A stretch of DNA of 64,000 nt, taken from positions 64,898 to 128,897 of the forward strand of contig JAFDEE010000019.1 of assembly GCA_019310525.1 (NCBI GenBank), written 5' to 3'. Numbering within the stretch: the first letter of the stretch is position 1; the number at the start of each line of letters is the position of its first letter. A program made the translations under genes and the position numbers. Under the pieces are notes generated by a model. It did no database searches and was not told the DNA's origin. It saw nothing but the letters and a program-made list of their open reading frames with translations. Positions 1 to 7,845 of the stretch are shown piece after piece. Origin of the DNA: Deltaproteobacteria bacterium. Its GTDB lineage: Bacteria; Desulfobacterota; DSM-4660; Desulfatiglandales; HGW-15.

Positions 1-446
1 TGCATTTCTTCAATCCCGTACCCCTCATGAAGCTCGTGGAGATAATCAGGGGCGTTGCAACGAGCGATGAAACGATCGCTGTCTGTACGGAGCTCGCCCA
101 AAAGATGGGTAAAATCACGGTGGAGGTCAAAAAAGACTCCCCTGGGTTCATCGTGAACAGGTGCATGATTCCCCACATGATCGAGGCCATCAGGATCGTG
201 GAGGAAGGCGTTGCCAGCATCGAGGATGTGGACACGGCGGTCAAAAACGGTCTCAATTATCCCATGGGACCCTTTGAATTGATGGACCTTACGGGAATTG
301 ACATCGCTTACTTTGTCACTGAATACTTTTTCAAGGAATTGAACAAGGAACTGAAATGGGCGGCTCCCACGCTCATGAAAAACATGATTCGTGCCAACAA
401 GCTCGGCAGGAAAACCGGAGCAGGATGGTATGATTACGGAAAATAG
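1..446 (+). CDS. 3-hydroxyacyl-CoA (3-hydroxybutyryl-CoA) dehydrogenase, C-terminal part; the 5' end lies outside the window
   Basis: The frame is open from the window edge (codon start 3). Translation HFFNPVPLMKLVEIIRG...PGFIVNR...GPFELMDLTGID...GRKTGAGWYDY matches the conserved C-terminal half of the HBD/FadB family. Confidence 0.85.
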   Translation, partial: HFFNPVPLMKLVEIIRGVATSDETIAVCTELAQKMGKITVEVKKDSPGFIVNRCMIPHMIEAIRIVEEGVASIEDVDTAVKNGLNYPMGPFELMDLTGIDIAYFVTEYFFKELNKELKWAAPTLMKNMIRANKLGRKTGAGWYDYGK

Positions 447-465
447 TTGAGAGTTTCCATCTGAA

Positions 466-512
466 GACAAAAAAGGCAGCCCTTTCGCTCATGATGGAGG
501 GTTGCCTTTTTT
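466..512. terminator. Bidirectional intrinsic terminator between convergent genes
   Basis: A 9-bp stem, GGCAGCCCT (475-483) pairing with AGGGTTGCC (498-506), is flanked by an A-run upstream and TTTTTT downstream. It works on both strands. Confidence 0.7.
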
Positions 513-566
513 ATTGCAGAAACTCTTAAAACAAAAAATCGAGATTAGCGTGGAGGGTGAATATTG

Positions 567-656
567 TTACTTATTCTTGTGACGCATCAATTTTCTCATT
601 TTTCGATACTTGTGTTTCCGGATCTTTTTGCGGCGCTTCTTCACTACGCTTCCCAT
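567..656 (-). CDS. 29-aa highly basic micro-protein, bS22 / AURKAIP1-COX24-like
   Basis: Translation is MGSVVKKRRKKIRKHKYRKMRKLMRHKNK, from ATG to TAA. GGAGG lies 11 nt upstream and TATAAT on the minus strand sits at 691-696. The terminator at 466-512 lies downstream. The ORF is below the 60-aa cutoff of the ORF track. Confidence 0.65.
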   Translation of the reverse strand: MGSVVKKRRKKIRKHKYRKMRKLMRHKNK

Positions 657-829
657 GCAGTATTCTACCTCCAGTTCGAATTCAAAACGCATTATATCTA
701 CCTTTCATCAGGTAACGTGTCAACCAAAAAAACAGGAGAAGGGATTGTGAAGCATCAAGGAGGGTGAAAAGACGAAAGAGGTCGGTTTGGGAAACCATGT
801 TTTAGTTTACATAATATAAATTATCAGAA

Positions 830-1702
830 TCAATCTCCCGAACTCCTGTTCCTCGCGTTTTTTGCGGCATAAAGCCTCTTATCCGCTTCGCCCACAAAAT
901 CCTTGATCGACATCTCCTCCTCGAACAAGGCGTAACCAACGCTTGCCATAATATCACCCTCGGCCTTGAAAGATTCCTTAATACGCTTAACGATTCCTTC
1001 GGCTACTGCCAAGTCGGCGCCAACCAGAATGATGGCGAACTCATCTCCTCCATATCGATATGCCGAATCCACTCCCTCACGGATACTTTGTTGGATCAGC
1101 CTCCCTACGCTCCTGAGAACCTCGTCTCCAGCAAGGTGGCCATGGGTGTCGTTGTAATCCTTGAAGTTGTCCAGGTCCAAGAGGATCAGGGACAAGGGGA
1201 ATTTTTGCCTCTTTGCCCGCACCATTTCGTCTTTGAGGCGGTCGTAAAAATGCCGCTGGTTGAACAATCCAGTCAGGGAATCCGTAATGGAGAGCCGGTT
1301 GAGCTCTCTCCTGAGGTTCCTCTCGTTAAGAATACGCCTGATCTTGGCTTCCAGTTCTTCGAGATCAAAAGGCTTTTTTATAAAATCACTCGCCCCAGCA
1401 TTAATTACGTCCACATATTTGTATCCTTCTGAATACCCTGTCATTGCAATTATGCTGATATCCGGGTGGGTCCCGGAAACCCGCTTGATCAGTTCCATCC
1501 CATCCATTTCGGGCATCTTCATGTCCGTAAGGAGAAAGGTGAAGTCGTTGTTTTCCAAAGAGTCGAGTGCCTCCGGGCCGCTGGAGACCGAGGCCACAGA
1601 AAAGCCGAGGGCTTTCAGCAGGTCGGTAAAGACCTCCCTGAGGACCGCATCATCGTCCACGATCAATATGGATTCTTGCGAGTAATCGAAGTCCTGTTTC
1701 AT
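830..1702 (-). CDS. Response regulator receiver plus GGDEF diguanylate cyclase (PleD-like)
   Basis: N-terminal receiver (ILIVDDD...LLTDMKMPEMDG) followed by a GGDEF domain with an intact RYGGDEF motif. Confidence 0.9.
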   Translation of the reverse strand: MKQDFDYSQESILIVDDDAVLREVFTDLLKALGFSVASVSSGPEALDSLENNDFTFLLTDMKMPEMDGMELIKRVSGTHPDISIIAMTGYSEGYKYVDVINAGASDFIKKPFDLEELEAKIRRILNERNLRRELNRLSITDSLTGLFNQRHFYDRLKDEMVRAKRQKFPLSLILLDLDNFKDYNDTHGHLAGDEVLRSVGRLIQQSIREGVDSAYRYGGDEFAIILVGADLAVAEGIVKRIKESFKAEGDIMASVGYALFEEEMSIKDFVGEADKRLYAAKNARNRSSGD

Positions 1703-1767
1703 GATTCAACCAAAGGGAAAAGTCTCCCCCATCAATGAAGGGAGGTTTTTCGCGTGGGGTCTGATAA

Positions 1768-3090
1768 TCATTTCGTAACAAGCGCCCCACGAAGAGAATT
1801 GACGAACGCTTTTTCAATCAAAACTTTTACAATGTCTCCCAAGATATTGGATAAACAAGAAAAATTTACAACTTTATTAGTGTCTGTTCGCCCTGTCCAC
1901 TGATCCCCTTTTTTGCTGGGGCCCTCTACTAGTACTTCAACACTTTGTCCCTCGAGTTCCCTGTTTTTTGAAAGGGTGATCTCCCGTTGAAGGGACTGAA
2001 GGATCGAAAGGCGGCTGGACTTCGTTTCCTCGTCCAGTTTGCCGTCCATACGTTCCGCGGCCGTACCCTTTCGGTCAGAGTATTTAAATGAAAAAAGATT
2101 ATCAAATCGTATTTTTTGCATGAGATCAAGTGTCAATTCGAAATCCCGGTCGGTTTCCCCGGGAAAACCGACGATCATGTCACTCGTTATCGCTATGGCG
2201 GGGCGGGTTTCCCGCAAACGGCTGACGAGTTCCATATAGTGTTCCCGAGAATAATGTCGGTTCATTCTCTTCAACACGGCATTGGAACCCGATTGAACCG
2301 GAAGATGGATATGGGGGCATAGGTTTGGAATCTCGGCAAAGCATCTAATCAGATCATCCGAGAGGTCTTTTGGGTGAGATGTGGTGAATCGAAGACGCAC
2401 GATGCCTTCAACCCGACTCAATCTCCTGAGCAAAGCAGGAAAATCAATGGTTCCCGCGTCCTCGACCGACCGATAAGAATTCACATTCTGTCCCAACAAG
2501 GTGATTTCTTTGATTCCTTGGGAAACCAAATTTTCGGCTTCCGCGAGAATGTCCCGAGTCTGCCGGCTTATCTCCCTGCCCCGGACATAGGGAACGATAC
2601 AATAGCTGCAGAAATTGTCGCACCCCTGCATGATCGTTATGAATCCCTTGACCCTTCCGCGGAAGTAGTCTTTTTTCGAAAGAGGTGGAATCGGGTCAGG
2701 GCGAAGTTCAGTAGCCGATACCCTCCTCCCCTCTGAGTAAACGAGATTAAGGATTTCACCGAATCTTTCAATTTCACCCGTTCCCAGCACGAGGTCAAGC
2801 TCGGGGAATCTCTTCAGCAGCCTCTCGCCTTCCTTCTGGGCAATGCACCCCACCATGGCGATCTTGACATGGGGTTTCCGCTTCTTGAGGGCTATTATTC
2901 GGCCGAGCAGGCTGAATGCCTTTTGTTCCGCTTTGGCCCTAACGGCACACGTGTTGATGAGAACGAGATCGGCACGGGCGGGATTATCGGTCGGGTAAAA
3001 CCCGGAATCCAGGAGGAGTTGACCCAGATAGTCCGAGTCGTATTCGTTCATTTGGCAGCCCATGGTGGCGATATGATAATACCCAAGCAA
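1768..3090 (-). CDS. miaB: tRNA-2-methylthio-N6-dimethylallyladenosine synthase MiaB (radical SAM methylthiotransferase)
   Basis: UPF0004 N-terminus (TMGCQMNEYDS), radical-SAM CxxxCxxC (CDNFCSYCIVP) and a C-terminal TRAM domain. Confidence 0.9.
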   Translation of the reverse strand: MLGYYHIATMGCQMNEYDSDYLGQLLLDSGFYPTDNPARADLVLINTCAVRAKAEQKAFSLLGRIIALKKRKPHVKIAMVGCIAQKEGERLLKRFPELDLVLGTGEIERFGEILNLVYSEGRRVSATELRPDPIPPLSKKDYFRGRVKGFITIMQGCDNFCSYCIVPYVRGREISRQTRDILAEAENLVSQGIKEITLLGQNVNSYRSVEDAGTIDFPALLRRLSRVEGIVRLRFTTSHPKDLSDDLIRCFAEIPNLCPHIHLPVQSGSNAVLKRMNRHYSREHYMELVSRLRETRPAIAITSDMIVGFPGETDRDFELTLDLMQKIRFDNLFSFKYSDRKGTAAERMDGKLDEETKSSRLSILQSLQREITLSKNRELEGQSVEVLVEGPSKKGDQWTGRTDTNKVVNFSCLSNILGDIVKVLIEKAFVNSLRGALVTK

Positions 3091-3129
3091 GGTTCAGAAT
3101 GCCCCTCTACAACCAATTGAAATTATTTA

Positions 3130-3302
3130 GTGTCCATCCATAAATAGGCAATTTTATTCAAAGTCAAGGAAGGCGAAGATTTTAACCACAGGAATACATT
3201 GAAGTATTTCGAGGATTAAAATCTGAGCCTGACGCAGCTTGTCACGCCGTAGCCATAGCGAAGGCGGAAGATTGGAGAAAAGGGCCATTTATGGATGGGC
3301 AC
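3130..3302 (-). mobile_element. Mosaic MITE-like repeat, copy a (173 bp, complete)
   Basis: Inverted termini GTGTCCATCCATAAAT ... ATTTATGGATGGGCAC. The element is flanked by identical TATTTA at 3124-3129 and 3303-3308. Its internal backbone is shared with copies c, e, f, g and h, and it carries the extra module CTTGTCACGCCGTAGCCATAGCGAAGGCGGAAG (3238-3270). Confidence 0.8.
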
Positions 3303-3384
3303 TATTTATTTTACAGCCATAAAACAGATTGCGCTATTTGAATCTCCAGGAATATTCCCTCTCCCCCACACTACAAAAGCAAAA

Positions 3385-3657
3385 TTATTCAGGCTCAGGG
3401 CTCTTGTGTCCAGGTGAATCGATACTTTTTAATTGAAGCCCTTCCCTTCCGGAAAGATCTTCAACCAGACGTCCGATAAGATATTCACATCCCGGAGCTA
3501 TCAGTATTTCGAGTAAAGCTTCTTGAGGGTCAATGGTCCTGACGACGGCTGCTCCGTCATAGGATTCGATGGTGTAGCGGATATAGTGGATGTCCTTCCG
3601 GTCGACCCGGTAGTATCGTCTAACCGTTTCCATCATGGTTTTTGTAAGTGGCACCAC
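3385..3657 (-). CDS. DUF4911 domain protein
   Basis: Translation YYRVDRKDIHYIRYTIESYDGAAVVRTID...LEILIAPGCE matches the DUF4911 pattern as I recall it. The start may be the internal MMET at 3636. The ORF overlaps the nadK stop. Confidence 0.6.
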   Translation of the reverse strand: MVPLTKTMMETVRRYYRVDRKDIHYIRYTIESYDGAAVVRTIDPQEALLEILIAPGCEYLIGRLVEDLSGREGLQLKSIDSPGHKSPEPE

Positions 3658-4525
3658 CCCACATGAGTTTGGCCCTTAGGATCTCAAAGTAGGTTTGATC
3701 GGGTGACTTGAGCAAGCGAATCCTTTTATTGGACGCATGGATCATTACCTTGTCCCCGTATTTCAAATCAAACCCCACCTGTCCGTCAAAGGTAATGGTC
3801 ACCTTTTCTTCCCTGGCCTTTCGCATGGTGATGCAGACCGTATCGGAATCAGGAAGAATTATCGGGCGGTTGGTCAGCGTAAAGGGGCAGATGGGCGTTA
3901 GGATAAGGTTGGACATCGTGGGGTAGAGAATCGGTCCACCCGCAGCCAGGTTATAGGCCGTGGAACCGGTGGGGGTTGAGATAATCAATCCGTCGGATCG
4001 AAAAGCGGTCAGGAACTGATCATTGATGTAAACATCCAGGTCAAGGATTCTTGCCAGAGCACCCTTGTTGATCACCACATCGTTCAAGACGAGGAAGCTG
4101 CCTATATTCTGTCCCCCCCTGACCACCCGGGTTTCCAGCATGAGCCGGCTTTCCTCATCAAGTTGGCCTTTGAGCATCATCTCAACTACCGGATAAAGCC
4201 TTTTTAAGGGCACCTCGGTGAGAAATCCCAGCCCTCCAAGATTCACTCCCAAGATGGGCATCCCGAATTTTCCCACCTTTCGGGCGGCTCCAAGAAGGGT
4301 ACCGTCTCCCCCAAGGACGACCACCCATCCCACATTTGAGGGAATTTTCGATACCCGTTCATGGTATTGTGTTGCGGAACGAGAACCTTCGTTTTGCTCC
4401 GCGTTCATGGAATCCATGAAGACTTCGTAATTTCTTGCCTCAAGCCACTCTTTGAGCTTGTGGGCCTCGATTCTTGCAGGCTCATGGTTGTGTTTGAAAA
4501 AAATGCCGACAGTACGAGCTTTCAT
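3620..4525 (-). CDS. nadK: NAD kinase
   Basis: GGDGTLL motif, NLGGLGFLT and TPTGSTAYNLAAGGPI. The ATG at 4525 (MKARTVGIF) is preferred over the upstream GTG at 4564. Confidence 0.9.
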   Translation of the reverse strand: MKARTVGIFFKHNHEPARIEAHKLKEWLEARNYEVFMDSMNAEQNEGSRSATQYHERVSKIPSNVGWVVVLGGDGTLLGAARKVGKFGMPILGVNLGGLGFLTEVPLKRLYPVVEMMLKGQLDEESRLMLETRVVRGGQNIGSFLVLNDVVINKGALARILDLDVYINDQFLTAFRSDGLIISTPTGSTAYNLAAGGPILYPTMSNLILTPICPFTLTNRPIILPDSDTVCITMRKAREEKVTITFDGQVGFDLKYGDKVMIHASNKRIRLLKSPDQTYFEILRAKLMWGGATYKNHDGNG

Positions 4526-4600
4526 AATGGTCTTTTCCGGGTTTTTAACATCAATGAAGTTCACTTTTGATTGCAGAAAAAACGAATGAAAAACGGGTCC

Positions 4601-5215
4601 TTATTTGCAAAGGACGGTTTTTTCAACGACCCGCCACTCATGAAGAGAATCTTTACTGGTATCTACCTGGAAAAAATGAATCTCAAGCCCTGGATAATCC
4701 CTTACGATTTCCTTGAGATCCACTTTCTCATACCGCCTTTTATTATTGTGATAGGCTTCTTCACTTATTGCATTCGATTCGTAATGGCCCTTGCTTCTCT
4801 GCCGAATCCTTCTGAGACAAACCTCATCAGGACAAAGGATCTCCTGAATAAAAAAATTTTTTCCGTATTTCGCAGCGATCTCAGCCGCCCTTTTCCTGAG
4901 CGCTTGGGAGACGAAAGTGGCGTCTAGGATAACATCCTCCCCTTTGGCACACAATTGATCGGTCAGCCTGAACATCTCATCATATACCTGATACCTCTTG
5001 CCCATGTCCGAGGCCACCCTTTCGTCAAATACGTCTTCATTTCTCAAGATCTCCAGCCGGAGAAGATCCGACCTCAAGATTCTAAACCCCGTGATCCTTG
5101 CGACCTGTTCGCTCGTTTTCGTCTTCCCCGAGGCGGGCAACCCGCAAGTAATATACAAGACATTTGAAGTTAATTCATTTTGAATAAAGTGTAAGAAGGG
5201 CTCATTCATTTCCAA
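4601..5215 (-). CDS. P-loop (AAA_33-type) kinase/ATPase
   Basis: Walker A GLPASGKT near the N-terminus, with the size and layout of small nucleotide/sugar kinases. The adjacent APH-like gene suggests the split form of the bifunctional phosphotransferase/ATP-binding proteins. Confidence 0.6.
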   Translation of the reverse strand: MEMNEPFLHFIQNELTSNVLYITCGLPASGKTKTSEQVARITGFRILRSDLLRLEILRNEDVFDERVASDMGKRYQVYDEMFRLTDQLCAKGEDVILDATFVSQALRKRAAEIAAKYGKNFFIQEILCPDEVCLRRIRQRSKGHYESNAISEEAYHNNKRRYEKVDLKEIVRDYPGLEIHFFQVDTSKDSLHEWRVVEKTVLCK

Positions 5216-5319
5216 AATACGTCCCCACTAGGAAAAAATCAGGCACCGCTTTCCTCCGGCTCGATGGAACAACCCGGATTCGGGAGCGGCCGCAGAGCCT
5301 TTATAAAGATAAAAACAGG

Positions 5320-6324
5320 TTAGTCGACATAAGATCGAGCCAATTCAAAGTACCGTGAGGCCTCGCGGATCGCCCTGGTCTTCTCCCCTTCGGGGATATT
5401 CGGATCATCGAGCCTGAAACTGTTCACCTTTCCGCGTACATAGGCCCGATATACCTTGTAGAAGGTGAGCAATTCCATCATTTCGGAATCTCCCGTCTCC
5501 TCTGCATACAGGGACCACAGGCGGTCCGCGACCTCCTTGCCACCGTGGAATTCAAGATCCATCAGCAGAAAGGCAATGTCGGCGATTGTGTCACTATAGC
5601 GGAAACGGTCATTGAACTCGATGCAGTCGATTACGGACACCTTGTCGGTGAGACATACGTGTTCCATGTGTAGATCCCCGTGGCAATCCCTTATTTTTTG
5701 CATGGAGATTCTTTCACGGAATAGAGATTCTTTGTTCTTTAAAAAGAGGTCCGTCCATCTACTTAGATGCCTGTAATCCTTTTCTTTTATTGTGATATCA
5801 ATGTATTTTTCAGTCTGCTCGAAGTTTTCCTCTGTATTGATCCGAAAGGCATCCGGCTCTCCAAAATGATCGATCTCCGGGGATCGCTCAGCGTTCAGGT
5901 GAAAGGTCGACAATTTCAAGGAGATCTTTCTCAAGTGTTCTTCCGTCAATTCACCTCTTTGAAAGAGGGATTTCATGAGACGATCCTGGGGAATCCTCCG
6001 CATCTTTACGGCGTAATCCACGATCTCACCGCCCGTGTGGTTCATACCGATCCTGTGCACCTTCCCGTCAAAGATGACGGGCAGAACGCCGAGATAGATA
6101 TCTTCGGCCAATCGACTGTTCAACTTGACTTCCTGGTGGCAGTAAAATTTTCTCTTCTCAAGATCCGTGAAGTCCAAGAATCCGAAATCAACGGGCTTTT
6201 TGATTTTGTAAACGAAATTATCCGCAACCAGTACCATTGAGATATGGGTCTGAATCAACCGGACTTCCTTCGTAATATCGGGCAGTGAAGAGGGTTCCAG
6301 CAGGTCTTTGATCATGTTCGCCAT
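5320..6324 (-). CDS. Phosphotransferase (APH / choline-kinase-like) family protein
   Basis: Catalytic loop CHGDLHMEHV followed by IDCIEFNDRFRYSD (Brenner/DFG-like). Confidence 0.7.
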   Translation of the reverse strand: MANMIKDLLEPSSLPDITKEVRLIQTHISMVLVADNFVYKIKKPVDFGFLDFTDLEKRKFYCHQEVKLNSRLAEDIYLGVLPVIFDGKVHRIGMNHTGGEIVDYAVKMRRIPQDRLMKSLFQRGELTEEHLRKISLKLSTFHLNAERSPEIDHFGEPDAFRINTEENFEQTEKYIDITIKEKDYRHLSRWTDLFLKNKESLFRERISMQKIRDCHGDLHMEHVCLTDKVSVIDCIEFNDRFRYSDTIADIAFLLMDLEFHGGKEVADRLWSLYAEETGDSEMMELLTFYKVYRAYVRGKVNSFRLDDPNIPEGEKTRAIREASRYFELARSYVD

Positions 6325-6427
6325 TTCTTTGGATATCTCCTTTTCCAGATTCCAGGTTCCCGGGGAAGCAAAGGCTCAGCATGTGGGTGCGAAAATCCCT
6401 GGGAGCGTACCTCCCCCTGAAACAGTC

Positions 6428-6664
6428 AGCTGGTTTCCATCCATAAATGGCCTTTTTGCACAATCTCTGCGTCAATCTGCGGGATTCCTTGTTCCCGCCT
6501 CTCTTGTAGGGCGGGACGCGTAATCCCTTAATTTGTCCGCGCGAAGCGACGACTCCCCACCCTTTGGGTGGGTCCCCGGTTTCCTTGATCTTGCACAAAA
6601 ATTCTCATTTCTGGATTGGAAACTCGCCAGTGCCTAAAATTTATTTTATGGATGGGCACCAGCT
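6428..6664 (+). mobile_element. Mosaic MITE-like repeat, copy b (237 bp, variant core)
   Basis: Termini AGCTGGTTTCCATCCATAAATGG ... TTTATGGATGGGCACCAGCT. The left 45 bp and the module TTGCACAAAAATTCTCATTTCTGGATTGGAAAC (6591-6623) are shared with copy d. The module GTCCGCGCGAAGCGACGACTCCCCACCC..GGGTGGGTCCCCGG (6532-6582) is shared with copy c. Confidence 0.75.
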
Positions 6665-6962
6665 AATGTTGTTTCCTCATCCCAAAGAGGCAGGCTCCTC
6701 TCAATTCAACGAAATCGGCCCTTCCTATTATCCTTTCGGTCGTTTGTCAAGGAAGATCCCCCTTGCGGCAAAATGATACTATTTGCCATCAAGAAATTAT
6801 ACGCGAAAATTTGGAGCCCCTCTTAAAAACAGCTGCCGGGAACAGCATTTCAATTTTAGATATTTTATGATAACAAATTTTCATTATTCGGTCTCAAGAG
6901 GCTCGTTAAACACATCCTTGGAACGATTGAACGTTTCATCATCCGGAGGGAGGATCCTTCCC

Positions 6963-7790
6963 ATGCAGCGGGAAATTGTGGCGGCAACCGAATACCTTTC
7001 TTCACGTCTTTCCGTGAGTCCCCGGATCGGCATGATTACCGGTACGGGATTAGGTGACCTTACCGGGAAAATTTCTGTTGAAAACAGGATCCCTTACGAG
7101 GAGATTCCCCACTTCCCTGTTTCCACGATTCCAGGACACAAGGGAAATCTGGTCGCGGGGACCCTCCTGGGAAAAAGGATACTGGCTATGGAGGGACGCT
7201 TTCATCTTTATGAAGGCTATTCCCCCCAACAGATCACCTTTCCCATAAGGGTGATGTCGAAGCTCGGTGTCGATACCCTTCTCATATCCAGTGCAGCCGG
7301 CGGATTGAATCCACGATTTCGGCCGGGAGACATCATGGTCGTAACGGATCACATCAACCTGACGGGGCAAAATCCCCTGGTTGGACCAAATCTTGAGGAA
7401 TTCGGCCCCCGTTTTCCTGATATGTCCTGTGTCTATCCTGAAGAGTACCTCGCCCTGGCAAGGGAAAAGGCCCTCGAATTGGGAATACTGCTGTGGGAAG
7501 GGGTCTATGTCGCCATCACCGGTCCGAGCCTGGAAACCCCAGCGGAAACGCGTTTTCTCAGGATGATCGGGGCGGACGCGGTCGGTATGTCTACGGTTCC
7601 GGAGGTGATTGTAGCCGTTCATTGCGGAATGAAGGTTATGGCCATTGTAGCTATTACAAACCTCAATCTGCCTGATTGTATGGAAAGCACCTCCATCGAG
7701 GAAGTCATTTCCAATGCAAAAAAGGCGGGAGGAAAATTGGCGGACCTGTGGGCGACCATTATTGAAGAATTGCCCGAAAAAAACCCCTGA
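6963..7790 (+). CDS. Purine nucleoside phosphorylase (trimeric PunA/PNP family)
   Basis: ITGTGLG, GRFHLYEGY, SAAGGLN and MSTVPEV motifs. The start is at MQREIV with GGAGGGAGG 10 nt upstream. The ORF-track extension back to 6783 is not protein-like. Confidence 0.85.
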   Translation: MQREIVAATEYLSSRLSVSPRIGMITGTGLGDLTGKISVENRIPYEEIPHFPVSTIPGHKGNLVAGTLLGKRILAMEGRFHLYEGYSPQQITFPIRVMSKLGVDTLLISSAAGGLNPRFRPGDIMVVTDHINLTGQNPLVGPNLEEFGPRFPDMSCVYPEEYLALAREKALELGILLWEGVYVAITGPSLETPAETRFLRMIGADAVGMSTVPEVIVAVHCGMKVMAIVAITNLNLPDCMESTSIEEVISNAKKAGGKLADLWATIIEELPEKNP

Positions 7791-7845
7791 AAATCGCTTG
7801 ACATTGAAACCAAAACATCCACGACCGTAAAAGGAGAGGTGTCCC

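Noticed and set aside
3139-3167. Outward-facing promoter in the repeat terminus (TTGACT ... TATTTA), reading towards miaB and present in equivalent form in other copies
   Set aside because: The spacer is only 15 bp and the -10 hexamer is weak. In some copies it would point antisense into a gene end. It cannot be supported from sequence alone, but it is worth checking in transcript start-site data.
6218-6598. 126-aa minus-strand ORF, together with similar ORFs at 21901-22166, 22174-22368, 23516-23725 and 42325-42519
   Set aside because: All of them are translations of the mosaic repeat copies or modules. The same peptide fragments recur wherever the repeat recurs, in both orientations. None has a start context.
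6783-6962. Long N-terminal extensions offered by the ORF track (also 19701-19883, 23646-23768, 29583-25 upstream of 29826, 48504-48647, 43126-43224, 60950-60997, 61390-61515)
   Set aside because: The extensions lack protein-like composition. Several translate repeat sequence or the end of the upstream gene. In each case an internal ATG with a good Shine-Dalgarno sequence aligns with the conserved family N-terminus.
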